Shown here: positions 23,361-37,167 of the stretch, piece by piece | How the letters are laid out: every line of letters starts with the position of its first letter | How positions within the stretch are numbered: position 1 is the first letter of the stretch | Source of the DNA: Octopus sinensis | Taxonomy: Eukaryota | Assembly: GCF_006345805.1 (NCBI RefSeq) | Contig: NC_042998.1 | Span: forward strand, 6,882,001-6,946,000 | Reading direction: 5' to 3' | DNA length: 64,000 bases | The notes under the pieces: generated by a model | What the model saw: only the letters and a program-made list of their open reading frames with translations | Database searches by the model: none | Told to the model about the DNA's origin: nothing | Position numbers and translations under genes: made by a program

Positions 23361-26336
23361 GATTCGTGTTTGGATTTTTGACAAAAACTTTGAGAAAAAA
23401 GTACTATAGAAATGAAAGTAGAGACCCATATGTTCAGATAGGCAAGGATTTCTGTTTCTGTGTACATGTATTGCATGTATATGAAGGCAAACAATGAGTG
23501 AACCTCGAGAAGTGGGAAAAAATGTTGACATGAAGAATTTGAGCTTTAGATGTAGGGAAAAATGAGAGAAGAAGCAAAAAGTGAATAGGAAGACAAGAAA
23601 TCATTAAAGAGAATATCATGTTGGTTGGTCAATTGTAGTTGTACAGAATTGTGAAAATTGTGTGATCCAAGATCTTGAAAAAACCAAATCTGCTGAGAAG
23701 TGCAACTTGACAAGTGATCCTTTAGGAAACCAAGGAAATTATGCCAGAATAACAAGAAAGACATGACAATTATATTGAAGATTTGCAACATGGAAGCACG
23801 AAACCCAGAGGGTAAAATAACTCACCATAAATCCTGGAAGCAAATCATATATCACCAAAATAATAATTCTTAGTATTTTATTTGTGAGATCAAAGTTAAA
23901 GGTCCCTATGAGAACTGTACCAATAGGATATAAATGTCCTTCAACATTTAGCATTATCATACATATCTGGAAATCTAAATCATGGGCAATCTTTGGTGAA
24001 ATTGAATATGATGTCTATTATCTAAACATCATTTTTTGGTAGCAACAATATTTTTTTTTCTAGTATCAACTATGTAGATTTGAATTATTTAACCAGTCTA
24101 TAATTGGGTAAAAAAAAAAAAAAGACTAAAACCATTATATGACAACAGTCAGTCTATAAAAAGCTTCAGTGGCCGGATAACAGCCATCATGTGGTGAACC
24201 ATGGTTAATGAACATTGATTACTTACTTTCCAATGGTCTTGACCATGATTTACCTTATGAGAGTAAAACTGATCTCACGACAAATAATAACCAGAAGAAT
24301 GACATGAAAGAGAAACAACAAAAAAAACAAAAACAAAAAAAAACAACCAAAACAATTGATTAGCAGGTTGAAATGGAAATCTTCAGAATACATGAAATAT
24401 AGTTTCTTCAGAGAAATCAAAGATGGAGGAAGATTCATTAAACATGAAGATAAAACTGCCCTTTTAATTTTAAGAAACTTTCTTTTCTTTTTTTTTTCTT
24501 TTTGAGGAAAAGAATTCCATCAATCTTTAGATTTTAGTCATCTGCTGAAAATTCTAGTAGTATACAACCATTTGGTAGCGAAATAAAATATGTTGGCTCT
24601 TGTGTCTATTCAGTAGATTGGTTCATTGTTATGAAGCTGGTGCTTTGTATTTTTATATTCTCATATTTATTCAGCTCAGCATGAGAAATGAAAGGAGATG
24701 CTAATAAGTAGCAAATATAGAAAGATTCTTTCAGTTATGACCATCCTGTTTTACATATTTCATATGACATATTGATATTGAAGTTATGCAAGAGATAAAA
24801 GGAAAGAGCAAAATTGATTTCAACTGACTGTGAACTAAATTTCCCCTTCAAAGTAGTACCTTATTGATAAAATTAGTGCACTTGGGAGCTATGAACGTAA
24901 CTGGACACGCGAAGGATATATAGATAAAAGGAAGGTCATATGGGCATATATTAAAAAGGATGAAAAATAGATGCTAGAAGAAGAATGTTCGAAACCGGTA
25001 ACGATAAAGTCTGATGTAGATGTAATCCAAAGCGAACACAGGAATCCTTGAATTAACAGAGGTAAGAGTCACAGAAACGCATGACAAAGGAGTATTGAAA
25101 GCTCATTGAAGTACTATTGAAAGTATGCCAGCTTTGTCAAACGAGAACTGAAGCTAATATCATCATCATCATCATCATCATTATTAACATTGCCATTTTC
25201 ATTGTTGTTGCTGTTGTTGTTACTATTACTATTATTATTATTATTACTATTATTATTATTATTATTATTATGATTGATGGTGATAACGATGATCCTATTT
25301 TATACTATAACTCTTTGCTTTCAGTATAGGGATTAGATTACATGCACAAGTAAATCTGCATTCAGACACACGTGTATGTGCATATTAACATGCACAAACA
25401 CACACACACTAGCACAAGATTGAATTATGTAATTATAAATTGATTATATATTCAAAACGGACTTCTTCTAATCAACAATCTTTTGTGTGCAGAATCAAAT
25501 GTTACTGCCAGTTTTTACTCCACTTAACACTGGATGTGTCTGTGTGTGTGTGTGTGTGTGTGCGTGTGTGTGTGCATGTGTGCTCAGTTTGTGCCTGTGG
25601 GATATATGTGTGAGTGTATATGCTTGTGTGATATCTGCACATATATGTGTACTTGTGCAATATCTGCATGTACATGTGTGTACTTGCTTGTGTGATATCT
25701 ATGTGTATATGTGTGCCTGTGTGACGTGTGTGTGTGTGTGTATATGTGTGTATGTATGCTTGTGCAATATCTGCATGTACATGTGTGTATGTGTGTGTAG
25801 GCATGCGTGTGTATGTGTGTGCTTGTGTGATACCATGACATCATATGTATTATCAAATGAGTCTTACCTCTCATGCTGCTCTTGATAATGGCTTTGAAAC
25901 AAATGTTAAATAATGTGATATACAAAGGCAAATGATAACAGATATGATTATGCAGAGATGATGTGATGGAGATGAATGGCAATTTCCAATATGAAATAAG
26001 TCTTCTCATACTTCATTTCCTTTTCTTGGCAGCCTCAATGTAAGATTCTTTTTTACTTTTACCTTGTACATGTTCAGTTATTTCGGCTCATCTTCCAATC
26101 TGGAGAATACGAGTCAAGAAACTACTTAAGTTTAACGTTTAAAATTCAAGTATTGATTGCATATCTCAATGATCATTTCCAAAGTAGAATTCAATATGAA
26201 AGGGGCAAGAACAAGTTAACAAAAAGTGGTGGCGATGGTAGTGGTGGTGGTGGTGGTGGTGGTATTATTATTATTATTATTATTTGTAGTAGTAGTAGTA
26301 GTAGCGATGGTGGTGGTAGTGATGAGATGTGGGCAG

Positions 26337-26530
26337 AAGGCGGTGAGCTGACAGAAATGTTAGCTTGCCAGGCGAAATGCTTAACGGTAATTCGTCTGTC
26401 TTTACATTCTGAGTTCAAACTAAATACTGCTTTGCAGTATTTAGTTTGACTTTTCAAATCCCAGTACAGTGAACTTTGTCTTTCAATCTTTTGGGGGGTC
26501 AGTGAAATAAAGTACCTTTCTCAAGGACAC
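26337..26530 (+). mobile_element. SINE family A, degenerate
   Basis: gaaggcggtgagctgacagaaatgttagc...gaaataaagtacc. Confidence 0.75.
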
Positions 26531-26679
26531 AATGTACGTCCAGATCCAGGAATTGAACCTATGGCAATATGATCATGAGCTTAAATCCTTAACCACTAGG
26601 ACATGTGACTTTACACACACACACATGCACATTGCAGTCATACATACCAGCATACATACATACATACATGCATACCACC

Positions 26680-26890
26680 TGACTGGCCCTCATGTCGGTG
26701 GCACATAAAAGCACCCATTACACTCTCGGAGTGGTTGGCATTAGGAAGGGCATCCAGCTGTAGAAACTCTGCCAGATCAAGATTGGAGCCTGGTGCAGCT
26801 ATCTGGTTTGCCAGCCCTCAGTCAAATCGTCTAACACATGCTAGCATGGAAAGCGGACGTTAAACGATGATGATGATGATGATGATGATG
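26680..26890 (+). mobile_element. RTE-tailed repeat (family E)
   Basis: ggagtggttggcattaggaagggcatccagctgtag...ggaaagcggacgttaaac(gat)n. Confidence 0.85.
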
Positions 26891-26892
26891 TA

Positions 26893-27092
26893 AGGAGGTA
26901 CTGAAAAGTTCCTGTATTTTGGTAAAAGAGAATACAGGAGGATCAGTTAATTATGGCTTTATCCAAAATATTATCTCAGATTCATTGCATTTATTGCAGT
27001 GGTCTTTCAGTTTTTCCAAGCTCTGTAAAAGAAATTGGGTGGTTGGGTCTTTCAGAATACCCTTAAAGCCAGGAACTTTTCAGCCCCCACCC
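26893..27092. mobile_element. mariner-type MITE
   Basis: Imperfect TIR ggaggtactgaaaagttcctg / caggaacttttcagccccc. Confidence 0.7.
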
Positions 27093-28336
27093 CACCCCCC
27101 ATATGTATATATGTGCAGTATTTGGAGTCGTTACATAAGCAGTTTTGTATATTTTGTTTTCATGTATGCATTCTCATGCATTTAGCTGTATGTACGTATG
27201 CATGCATGTATGTATGTAGGTAGGTAGGTATGGATGGATTCATGTATATATGTATGTATGATTATGTGTATGTAAGGGTAGTATAATTAGCGTTATGTTC
27301 AGCTAAATCAATGCAAAAACATACTGTTGTATTTCATTAAATACAACAGTATGTAGTGCACCTGAGCACTGTACACAATTATTATTATTATTATTAAAAC
27401 AACCCGTTCTGTTGCTTTCTTCAGCACTCTCTGAACTAAAAGAAAATGTTACTACATAAACCTTAGATTCTACTGATTATGGCTTATGCTTGGCTTTTCA
27501 ACTGATATTTAATCTCAATGATGGGGTTGTAGCATTTTGTAATATGATTGTTTCCTTAATTTGTACAAGTATACTTTATCAGGTAACATTTTTGTTATTG
27601 ATCGTTCAAGAACAAATCTTATCTTTATTCTAACAAATATACAAAAAAAAAAAAAAATTTAATAAAAATTCAAATATTTTTTTTTTTTTTAAATAATGTT
27701 TTTAACTCTGAAAATTTAGAAGAAAAGCAAATATAATGATGATTGTGTAGTGTATGTTTAAATATTTATTCTAATGAACCAAACATAGGAAACTTATTAT
27801 TATGTTGTTTGTCTTTTGTTTTCATTCGTATTTCCATTCTTATATTTAATATCTGCTTTTTTCTTTTTTTTTGCTGTTATGAGTTTGATGCTGCTGCAAA
27901 TTCAAAAATTTCTGCATCATGATATATATTTGTTTAAAACTTGATATTATCTTTCAATAACAACTGAGTATCATTGAAATTTGAATGGCAGTCGCATTGA
28001 CATAATACAAGACTACCAAGGGCAAAATGATATTTTATAACTTCGAAATTATAAGTTAAATTCCATATGTCCTTATTATCCCCAGACTATATCACAAGAA
28101 TAACATTTCCTGTATGTTCTTAATATTTTTATCAATATTGTTCCATACATATGACAATCCCACTGTGGTATGTTAGAGTAATATAAGTGCTGTCTGTTAT
28201 ACGTAGGTTATATGCGAGACCTTTTCAGCGACCCATCATATGTATATCTGTGCAGTATTTGGAGTCAGTGCATGAGCAGTTTTGTGTATTTTGTTTTCAT
28301 GCATGTATTCTCATGCATATTGTTGTATGTATGCAC

Positions 28337-28367
<31 letters not shown>

Positions 28368-29067
28368 TGTATGTATGTATGTATGTATGTATGTATGTCA
28401 TTGTTCAGTTTTATTTCAAGATTTCTTGCCAATAGAGAAAGACTCGGTTTCTAACCTAGATCCAAGGCTCCTTCATTGGAATTTCCACAACATCAACAGG
28501 GTATTTTTGTATGTATGTATGTATATGTGTAGATTTGTGTCTTGTTTTATGTATGTATTCTCATGCATATTGTTGTATGTATGCATGTATGTATGTATGT
28601 ATGTATGCATGCACGTATGTATGTATGTACATATGTACGTATGTATGTATGTATGTATGTGTGTGTGTGTATGTATGTATGTATGTATGTGTGTTTGTAT
28701 GTATGTATCTATATATGTAAGTATGTATGTTTGTATCAGTGTGTATCTGTGTACCTTTGTGCTTGATGCCCTGCTCCACTTGACAACTGGAGTTGGTTTG
28801 TTTACATCCCTGTAATTTAGTGGTTTGGCAAAAGAGACCAGTAAAGAAGTACTAGGTTAAAAGGTACTGGGGTTGATTTGATTGTTTAAACCATTTGAAC
28901 CAGTGCCCCAGCATGGCTGTAGTCCTATGACTAAATCAAAGAAAAGATAAAAGATAAAGACTGCCAATGCATGGTTAACATTAGCTAATGAAGGCCCTAC
29001 ATATTGTGATGTCGGTTACATGTTGGTTGTATGTGACAGTACCAGTGTTTTGAATTTCGTGTAGGTT

Positions 29068-29371
29068 ATCTTTATATATAAATGTGAAGTTGTGTGAGTG
29101 TCTGTCTCCTACGATTTAGATTCCTAACTACTCCAACATTTTGCGGTGCAGTGTAACCAAAAGCAGGTAGCTTATAGTCGTGATTCATATCGAGCCCTTC
29201 TGGGTACTAGCGCGCGTCTACGATGAGTCTACGATTTAAAAAAAAAATTACCATAATTTTTTCCCATTTTTAATGCATTTTTTGCTATTATATAAGGGAA
29301 GTAACTCTCTAAAAATGCTTATATAGTTATTTCCCTTACAAACCCGAGCAACGCCGGGCGATACTGCTAGT
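29068..29371 (-). mobile_element. Non-autonomous Helentron/DINE-1-like element
   Basis: Minus tactagcagtatcgcccggcgttgctcggg (subterminal hairpin)...acacaacttcacatttatatataaagat. Confidence 0.7.
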
Positions 29372-30949
29372 ATCTGATAAAACAGTGTTGTGGGTAACAT
29401 GTTAGATCTACATGAGTAATAACTGTCAGGTGGAATGTTCCAAACATCAGATAGGAAATCTTGAATGTAGATCCAAATGCCCCAAGTTTTGCATCAGTAG
29501 TTTCTTTGATATACCAGGAACAGAGAAATGAGAAAGGATTAGAGAGAAGGTTGAGAAAAAAAGGGAGGGATTGAGCTGAAAGGTGATTGGATGGGTTTGC
29601 AAGTTGGGGTATAAGGGTTTTTTCTTAAAAAAAAAAAAGAATGTTACCATATCTGACTTTCTATCACTTCAAGCTATCCATAGTTTTTTTAAAATTTTCC
29701 TCATAGACCATGTTGCTGTTGATATATCTACTGTTGTTGTTGTTCTTCTTTGGCTTCCAGGTGAGCCTTCTTTGAACAGGCTCATGATCAAAAGTGTTAA
29801 ACATATGACCCTCATTTCTTTCACTCAGGAAGGTCAATATTATCCAATATATCTTTTGTTTTAAGTCAGCTTTATATGATCTGAAGGAGTACTGGCTGTT
29901 ATTTCTAGCCAGAAGAAAGTCCATGCCCAAGTTGTTTTTGTTTTTTTTTTGTTTTTTGATAGTTCTACTTATATGTTCTATTGATAATGGTGAGAGGGAA
30001 CTACTTATTCTTACTCACAATTAATTCCTTTTTGTTTTTTCTCGTTTTTCCTTAGCATACAATAGAGTATATGATAAGCTTGCATAATCAGAACAGCTAA
30101 GTTAGTTAAAAATATTCAACGAACCAATGAATGTAAAACAGATATATTCCCAATGCATGTGCAGCATATTTTATCATATAAAAATATTTCTTAAGCTATT
30201 TAAGGAAATCTAAACTATCTTTGGTCTATTGTTACTCTCAGCCAATCACAATAATGCTGAATTTTCGATTTAAATGTGACAAGATTATTAGATATTATTC
30301 ATAAACATAACACACACACACACATATGTCCATACATACACATTCTTGTTTTAATTTGTAAAGATCTCTGAAAGAAGTGATTAATGATTGCTTGAATATT
30401 TATTGTTTATATGTACCAGGAAAAAAAAAACAAAAGGCAGAAAATTAAAAGTAGGAATAAAACAACCGTAGCATTATTAGTTTGGTTTCTTTTTATTTGC
30501 TTTCATCGTTATCTCATTATTAAATCATATCAATATTTTAACAATGAGTCTCAGCAACAGCATTTCTGGGATGTTATATCAATTTTAGAAAGATGCTGAC
30601 GATTTTAAAAATCCATATTTATATCATTTATCAATTGAATTGTTCAAATGAATTATAAATGCATTTAAGATATTTTAAGTCTTTAAATATCACCACATGT
30701 TAGATATTAAACATAATGTTTCACTCTGATAGTACCTTGCATATGTTTTATTTCTATAAAATGATAACTAGATATCATGTTGCATGTTCATATACTGCGC
30801 ATATTTCATGTATTGTGTGTAACATTTATCAGAAAGAATTCCCAAGAACTTTAAATAATATTCTATTTTGATATCGAGATAACTTGGAATTTTAAAAACA
30901 AAACGATATATATATGAATATATACGATGATATGATAATGATGATACAA

Positions 30950-30988
<39 letters not shown>

Positions 30989-31683
30989 AAAGTAAGATAA
31001 GGGTTATGAGGGTGTACTTTTATCTATAGGCTGAAACAGCTGTAAGGTCCATTTTATGTGTATTATTCTTATGGTATTATTATCTTGCATATTGATGTAT
31101 ATTGTTTTGTTCGATTTGGATGTTCCTAGTTAATAAATAATATGAAATGGTAATATCTGTAAGTTGATGATTGAAATGAATTTTTTCCTCCATTTTCTTA
31201 TTTGTATATATATAAATGGAGAGATATGATTTTATGATATTTTGTATGAATATCATCATATAAAACATGAGGATATTCTTTGCTTTGTATTTTGCTATCT
31301 TTGAATATTTTCTTAACACTCATACGATAAAAGAAATTTCTGAAATTACAACATGCAAAATATTTATTTATGTACTCATTAATTATAAATAAAGACTTGT
31401 AATATTTAGAAACCTGTAACAAATGTTAAAAATTCCAGCTTGGCAAGAAAAACTGATAGAATAAGGGTCCAGCATGGCCAGTGTCAAATGACTAAAACAA
31501 GTATAAAAAAACTCAAAAATAAGTACAGGGGTAGATTTGCTCAACTAAAATCCTCCAAGACTGTGGCCCAGTATGGCCAGAATCTAATGACTGAAGCAAG
31601 TAAAAGATAAAAGATGTATAATTGTGAATGATAAGCATCAGATTTAGAATTTGAGAATAATACACAGCAAATGATACTCTAAT

Positions 31684-32010
31684 GCGCAGGAGTGGCTGTG
31701 TGGTAAGTAGCTTGCTAACCAACCACATGGTTCCGGGTTCAGTCCCACTGCATTGTATCCTGGGCAGGTGTCTTCTACTAGAGCCTCGGGCCGACCAAAG
31801 CCTTGTGAGTGGATTTGGTAGATGGAAACTGAAAGAAGCCTGTCGTATATATGTATATATATATGTGTATGTGTGTGTTTGTGTGTCTGTGTTTGTCCCC
31901 CTAGCATTGCTTGACAACCGATGCTGGTGTGTTTACGTCCCCGTCACTTAGCGGTTCGGTAAAAGAGACCGATAGAATAAGTACTGGGCTTCCAAAGAAT
32001 AAGTCCCGGG
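31684..32010 (+). mobile_element. tRNA-derived SINE (family B)
   Basis: gcgcaggagtggctgtgtggtaag...ggttccgggttcagtccc (A/B boxes), central (TA)(TG) tract, gagaccgatagaataagtactggg. Confidence 0.9.
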
Positions 32011-33144
32011 GTATATTGGGTTCAGTTCCACTGCAAGTGTCTTCCACTACAGCTCCAGGTCAACCAGTGTCTTGTGAGTGAATTTGACAGATGAAAACTG
32101 TGTGGAAACCCACCATAATCATGTATGTGTGTGTGTGTCAGTGTTTGTCCCCACTCCATTACTTGACAACTGGTGTTGGTTTGATTACATCCTCATAACT
32201 TAGTGGTTTCAGCAAAATAGACTGCTAGAATAAGTATCTGTGTTACAAAATAAGCACTGGTGTCAGTTTGTATGATGAAAAACCAGCAAAGCCACAGTCC
32301 AATGACTGAAACATGTAAGAGCTAAAAGATGGTTTTGTTCATATATAAATGCAAATACGTACAGTCACTCAGCTATACATTAAACCATATCATATTAGAT
32401 CTATATTATATAACTGAAAAACAGCTTTTTGTAATCACATATCGTGTTGAAAACTTGACTCTAATTCAATTTAAAGAAATTCAACTTTACCAATTTTATT
32501 TTATATCGTTTCGTTGAAATTGTACAGCTATTATCTAATATATCTGTGTTTCAAGTGTTCCATATTCATTAAGAAACAGTATTTGAATAAATATTACCTA
32601 TTGGTTTGATCTCATCTGTTCTGCTCTGGTTTGGTCTTGTCTAGTCTAATCTGGTTTGATCTGGTTTAGTCTGGTCTGCTCTAGTGTTGTCTGACATCAC
32701 ATTCTGCTTGGCTAAGAGATGTTAAAGATCAATGGCATTGAAGCTGTAAAGCTTTGGCTATTTCATTTGGACGTTGCTTCTCTCTGAGGACAGAATTTAT
32801 TTTTAAAATTAATGTAACTTTTATGATCTTTCTGCACTGCATGCCTGTAACTTTACATAGAAATTTAGTGTCTCTTGTTAGTGTATTCCCATTTTATATT
32901 TTGATTCTCTTGCTTTATCAAAACAGTTGCTGTTTATTTATGTGCTTAAAAAAAAAGTTTTCTTTTAAAAGAAAGAAGGGGAAAATTTATGTCCGTTGAG
33001 AAAGCTATGGAATGATGTAACAAAGAATATTTCAGGGACATAAACAAACATCAGTTGTTGTGAAACAAAAACTGAGACATATGATACACACATCTATGAA
33101 TCTTGAAAATGGTGAAGAATTTAGTAAAATAGCTATCATTATCG

Positions 33145-33470
33145 AGCTGGCAGAATCGTTAGCATGCTGGGCAAAATGCTAAGTGGTATTTTGCTCATCA
33201 CTACATTCTGAGTTCAAATTCTGCTGAGGTCGACTTTGCCTTTCATCTTTTCAAGGTCATGAAATAAGTACCTATTTCTTCATTACCCCTCAAGGGGCTA
33301 AACACAGAGGGGACAAACAAGGACAGACATAGGTATTAAGTCGATTACATCGACCCCAGTGCGTAACTGGTACTTAATTTATCGACACCGAAAGGATGAA
33401 AGGCAAAGTCGACCTCGACAGAATTTGAACTCACAACGTAACGGCAGACGAAATACCGCTTAGCATTTCG
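33145..33470. mobile_element. Tail-to-tail inverted pair of family A SINEs
   Basis: Plus partial copy 33145-33272 abuts minus copy 33273-33470. Confidence 0.85.
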
Positions 33471-34095
33471 AATGTTTTTTCATGGGCCAGTAAGGCACAT
33501 ACATATATCTTATATCTTGTGAGTGCAGTTTTAATGCATGACTGCTGCTTTTGAATTTAGAGTTCCCCATAGATTATTATCATCCACCCTGCATCCCGAG
33601 TAGCATTACTGGTTATGATATACAAAACAAATGTAGGAGAAACTGTGATAAACGCAAGTTTATATCATTGGTTTCCTACATATGTTTCACCATTGTGATT
33701 GCTTCAAACATCAGCATTGGATGTTTCATGTGCAATCAGACACTTAACCACAACAGATCATCATGAGATTACCTTATTGCATTATGTTATGTTACAGAGA
33801 TCATAAACATATATATGTGTGTGTGTGTATGTATTATACATCCAAATATATTCATACACACATATATATATATTCATATCTATCTATAAAGTATATATAT
33901 TTATATTCTATGTGTATGTATATGCATGTGTGTGAGTATGTATGTATGTATGTAAGATTATGCTGATTAACAAAATGCTAGAAAGTCAACATGTGAGTGT
34001 TGCTCAAGCATGGTTGTAGCTGAATTCGCTTTAATGAACAAATGCATTTGTATATATGTGTATATGATAAATGAGCACATACATACCTGTGTGTG

Positions 34096-34129
<34 letters not shown>

Positions 34130-34589
34130 TGCATATAAATGTACATATGCATATGTGTGTGTGTGTATGCAAGTATGTGTGTATATGTATTTGCGTACAT
34201 GAATATACACAAAAATATGTTCATATACATATGTGAGTCTATACCGTTGTAAAGATGGATTGACCAAGATAATGTATTGCACAACCAACCTCACAACTTA
34301 TAACTTCATATCCGCTGCAGGCATTTCATTGTTTTCTCTGGGAAGAACTCTTAATTCTACTTGTGTCAGAGAATAAGTAGACACTAGATCTTCTGGGAAT
34401 TTGACCTATGATAGACTGCTGTCCAATGCATCTCTTATCCATTTAATTCTATTGAAATTCAAGCTAAGCACCAACCAGCTTTTGAAGCTTAGGAAGACAT
34501 TTGTCATTTATCATATTTCAATATATATAACTTCAAAATTTCATCTACGAATGTGCATTTGTCCATAAGTGAGCGAGCGTATGCATCTA

Positions 34590-35040
34590 TGTACGTTCTA
34601 TACATGCATGTATGGATGGGTGGATGGATGGGGAAATTGGATTGATAGAGGATGGGTGGATGGATGGATGGATGGGTGGATGGATGGGGAAATTGGATTG
34701 ATAGAGGATGGATGGGGAGGTTGGATAGATAGAGGGACTGATGGATAGATAGATAAATAGATGGATGGATGGATGAGTGAATAATTGTAAGTATTTATAC
34801 ATACATGTATGTATGTTTATATGCATGTATGAATGCATGTATGCATGTGTGAATGGATGTTTGTATGCATCTATACATATATGTATGTATACACAAATAT
34901 GTATGAATGTATGTATGAATGTATATATACATGCATCCATATATCTATTTATAAGCGCATACATGCATTATAACGTATGAATGTATGAATGCATATATGT
35001 AAGTAAATATGTATACGCATGTGTGTGTGTGTGTGTATGA
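34590..35040. repeat. (GGAT)n/(TATG)n compound microsatellite
   Basis: Directly visible. Confidence 0.9.
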
Positions 35041-35346
35041 AAGTTGGAGGTGGTGGTCATAACTTTGTTCTATTTTATATTTTCCACATTTGGTTTAGAA
35101 ATCACTTTTCTGTTTCAGCTGCTACGAAAAACAAATATCGTTAGCTTATACCGTTTCTTTTTCATTACATCTCTCTCTCTTTCTCTCTCTCTCTGTCTGT
35201 CTCTCTCTCTTTTACTCTATATTTCTGTGGGTGGGTATAGGAGCATGGGTGTGATTACATGTGTGTACTCGTGTGACTTTATGTGTGAGTATATATATCC
35301 ATATATATATATACATACATGTATGTGTGTGTGTGTGTGTGTGTAA

Positions 35347-35391
<45 letters not shown>

Positions 35392-35695
35392 GCGTGTGTG
35401 TGTGTATGTATATATAGATATATATATATTATAAATATATATATATATATATGTATGTATGTATGTATGTATATATCCATGTCTGTGTATATGTGAATTA
35501 GTATATGTCCATAAATCTATGTATTTACTACATCCAACTATATGTGCAAATATACTCTGGTGACTAACTATGTGAGTGTATATATTAGCTTCTGCTTATC
35601 TATGTTTCATTGGTATGATTCCGTATCTCTGTGCTTGTCATATATTGCAATTACATACATATGTTTTGTGTCCCTGTATATATATACATATATAC

Positions 35696-35746
<51 letters not shown>

Positions 35747-36289
35747 TGTGTGTGTGTATGTCTTTGTGCATACATTTTTATTTCCTTTTATTTATCTATT
35801 CATCTAGTTTGGTGTTGATTTCCCCCCTCCCCCCCCCCCACTATGCTACACACATTCTGAAAGTTAGTCTCTGAATTTCCCCCTTCACATTATTGACACT
35901 GTTATTGACAATGTTAATTATGGAAATAGGAAATCTTGTAAAAACCTGAATCCAATTGAAAACTCATCAACGTCTGCTTGTGACCCAAACTGATGTATAT
36001 ATCGATTTTTCTAGCTCTGTAATGTATAAAGGAAAAAAAAACACGCAAAAATAAATGAATAAAAAAAACAAAAACAACAAAATAACAGCTTTTGTATATA
36101 CTTTGGTCAATAAAATATTTTTCATAAATATAGAGCTTTAGTTGTGTTTATCACTTATTCAATATGGATATATTTAACCAAAATTATTAATGGAGTAGAT
36201 TCTTCGGAGAAAAAAAACGTACAGCTACTACCCAAATTGAAAATGTCTCAAATTCTTATTCAAGTAAACTAATTGGTAAGTTTTGGTGT

Positions 36290-36293
36290 GCGT

Positions 36294-36338
<45 letters not shown>

Positions 36339-36371
36339 ATATATATAACATATATATAATATATATGTATG

Positions 36372-36404
<33 letters not shown>

Positions 36405-36419
36405 TATATATATATCATA

Positions 36420-36451
<32 letters not shown>

Positions 36452-36588
36452 CTATATATATATATATATATATCATATATATATAATATATATGTATGTA
36501 TATATATTATATATATATCATATATATATATTATATATTCATATATATATATATATATATATATATCATATATATATATTATATATTC

Positions 36589-36622
<34 letters not shown>

Positions 36623-36720
36623 TATGTGTGTGTATATATATATTATGTAAAATGATATATGAATATATATAATATTTATATTATATATACATATAAATAC
36701 TCACACATATATATGCATAC
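36290..36720. repeat. Degenerate (TA)n microsatellite
   Basis: Directly visible. Confidence 0.97.
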
Positions 36721-37124
36721 ACATACAGATATATGTGTTTGTGTGTGAGTGCAAGCATTGTCAATACCGCAAACTTAATATGTATGTGTTGATTAAAAGC
36801 CAAAGGATGTGGTTTTTTTCATCGTGTAAGAATCCATTTAAAGACATGTAGTGTTCAAAAAACACAATATACCTCAGAAGTAGGCAAGACGAAATCACCC
36901 CTAGAAAGGATCACAAGAGGGGCAGATACCGTATTTTTGTTATAATAGAAGCTTATCAATGCTTGTGTACTTGCATCAATTCCAAATCAGAATCACTAGT
37001 CTAAGAAAAAAGAAAAAAAAATGGAATAAAAATGAAAACCTACAGCTTCTGTACTTTAAACAACACATATGCATTAAGTTTGTGATATTGATGATGTTTA
37101 TATTATAGGGCTGCTTATTGTATA

Positions 37125-37164
<40 letters not shown>

Positions 37165-37167
<3 letters not shown>

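Noticed and set aside
23546-23960. Two hydrophobic minus-strand ORFs resembling GPCR TM5-TM7
   Set aside because: No diagnostic CWxP/NPxxY motifs, the frames do not join, and T-rich DNA yields hydrophobic residues by chance; a 141-nt exon (23826-23966) is possible but breaks frame with neighbouring candidates
26063-26100. Segment with good acceptor and donor on the minus strand
   Set aside because: Stops in all three frames; could only be a UTR exon, with no further evidence
33551-33766. 71-aa Cys-containing ORF
   Set aside because: No recognisable domain or convincing donor; kept only as part of the speculative plus-strand model
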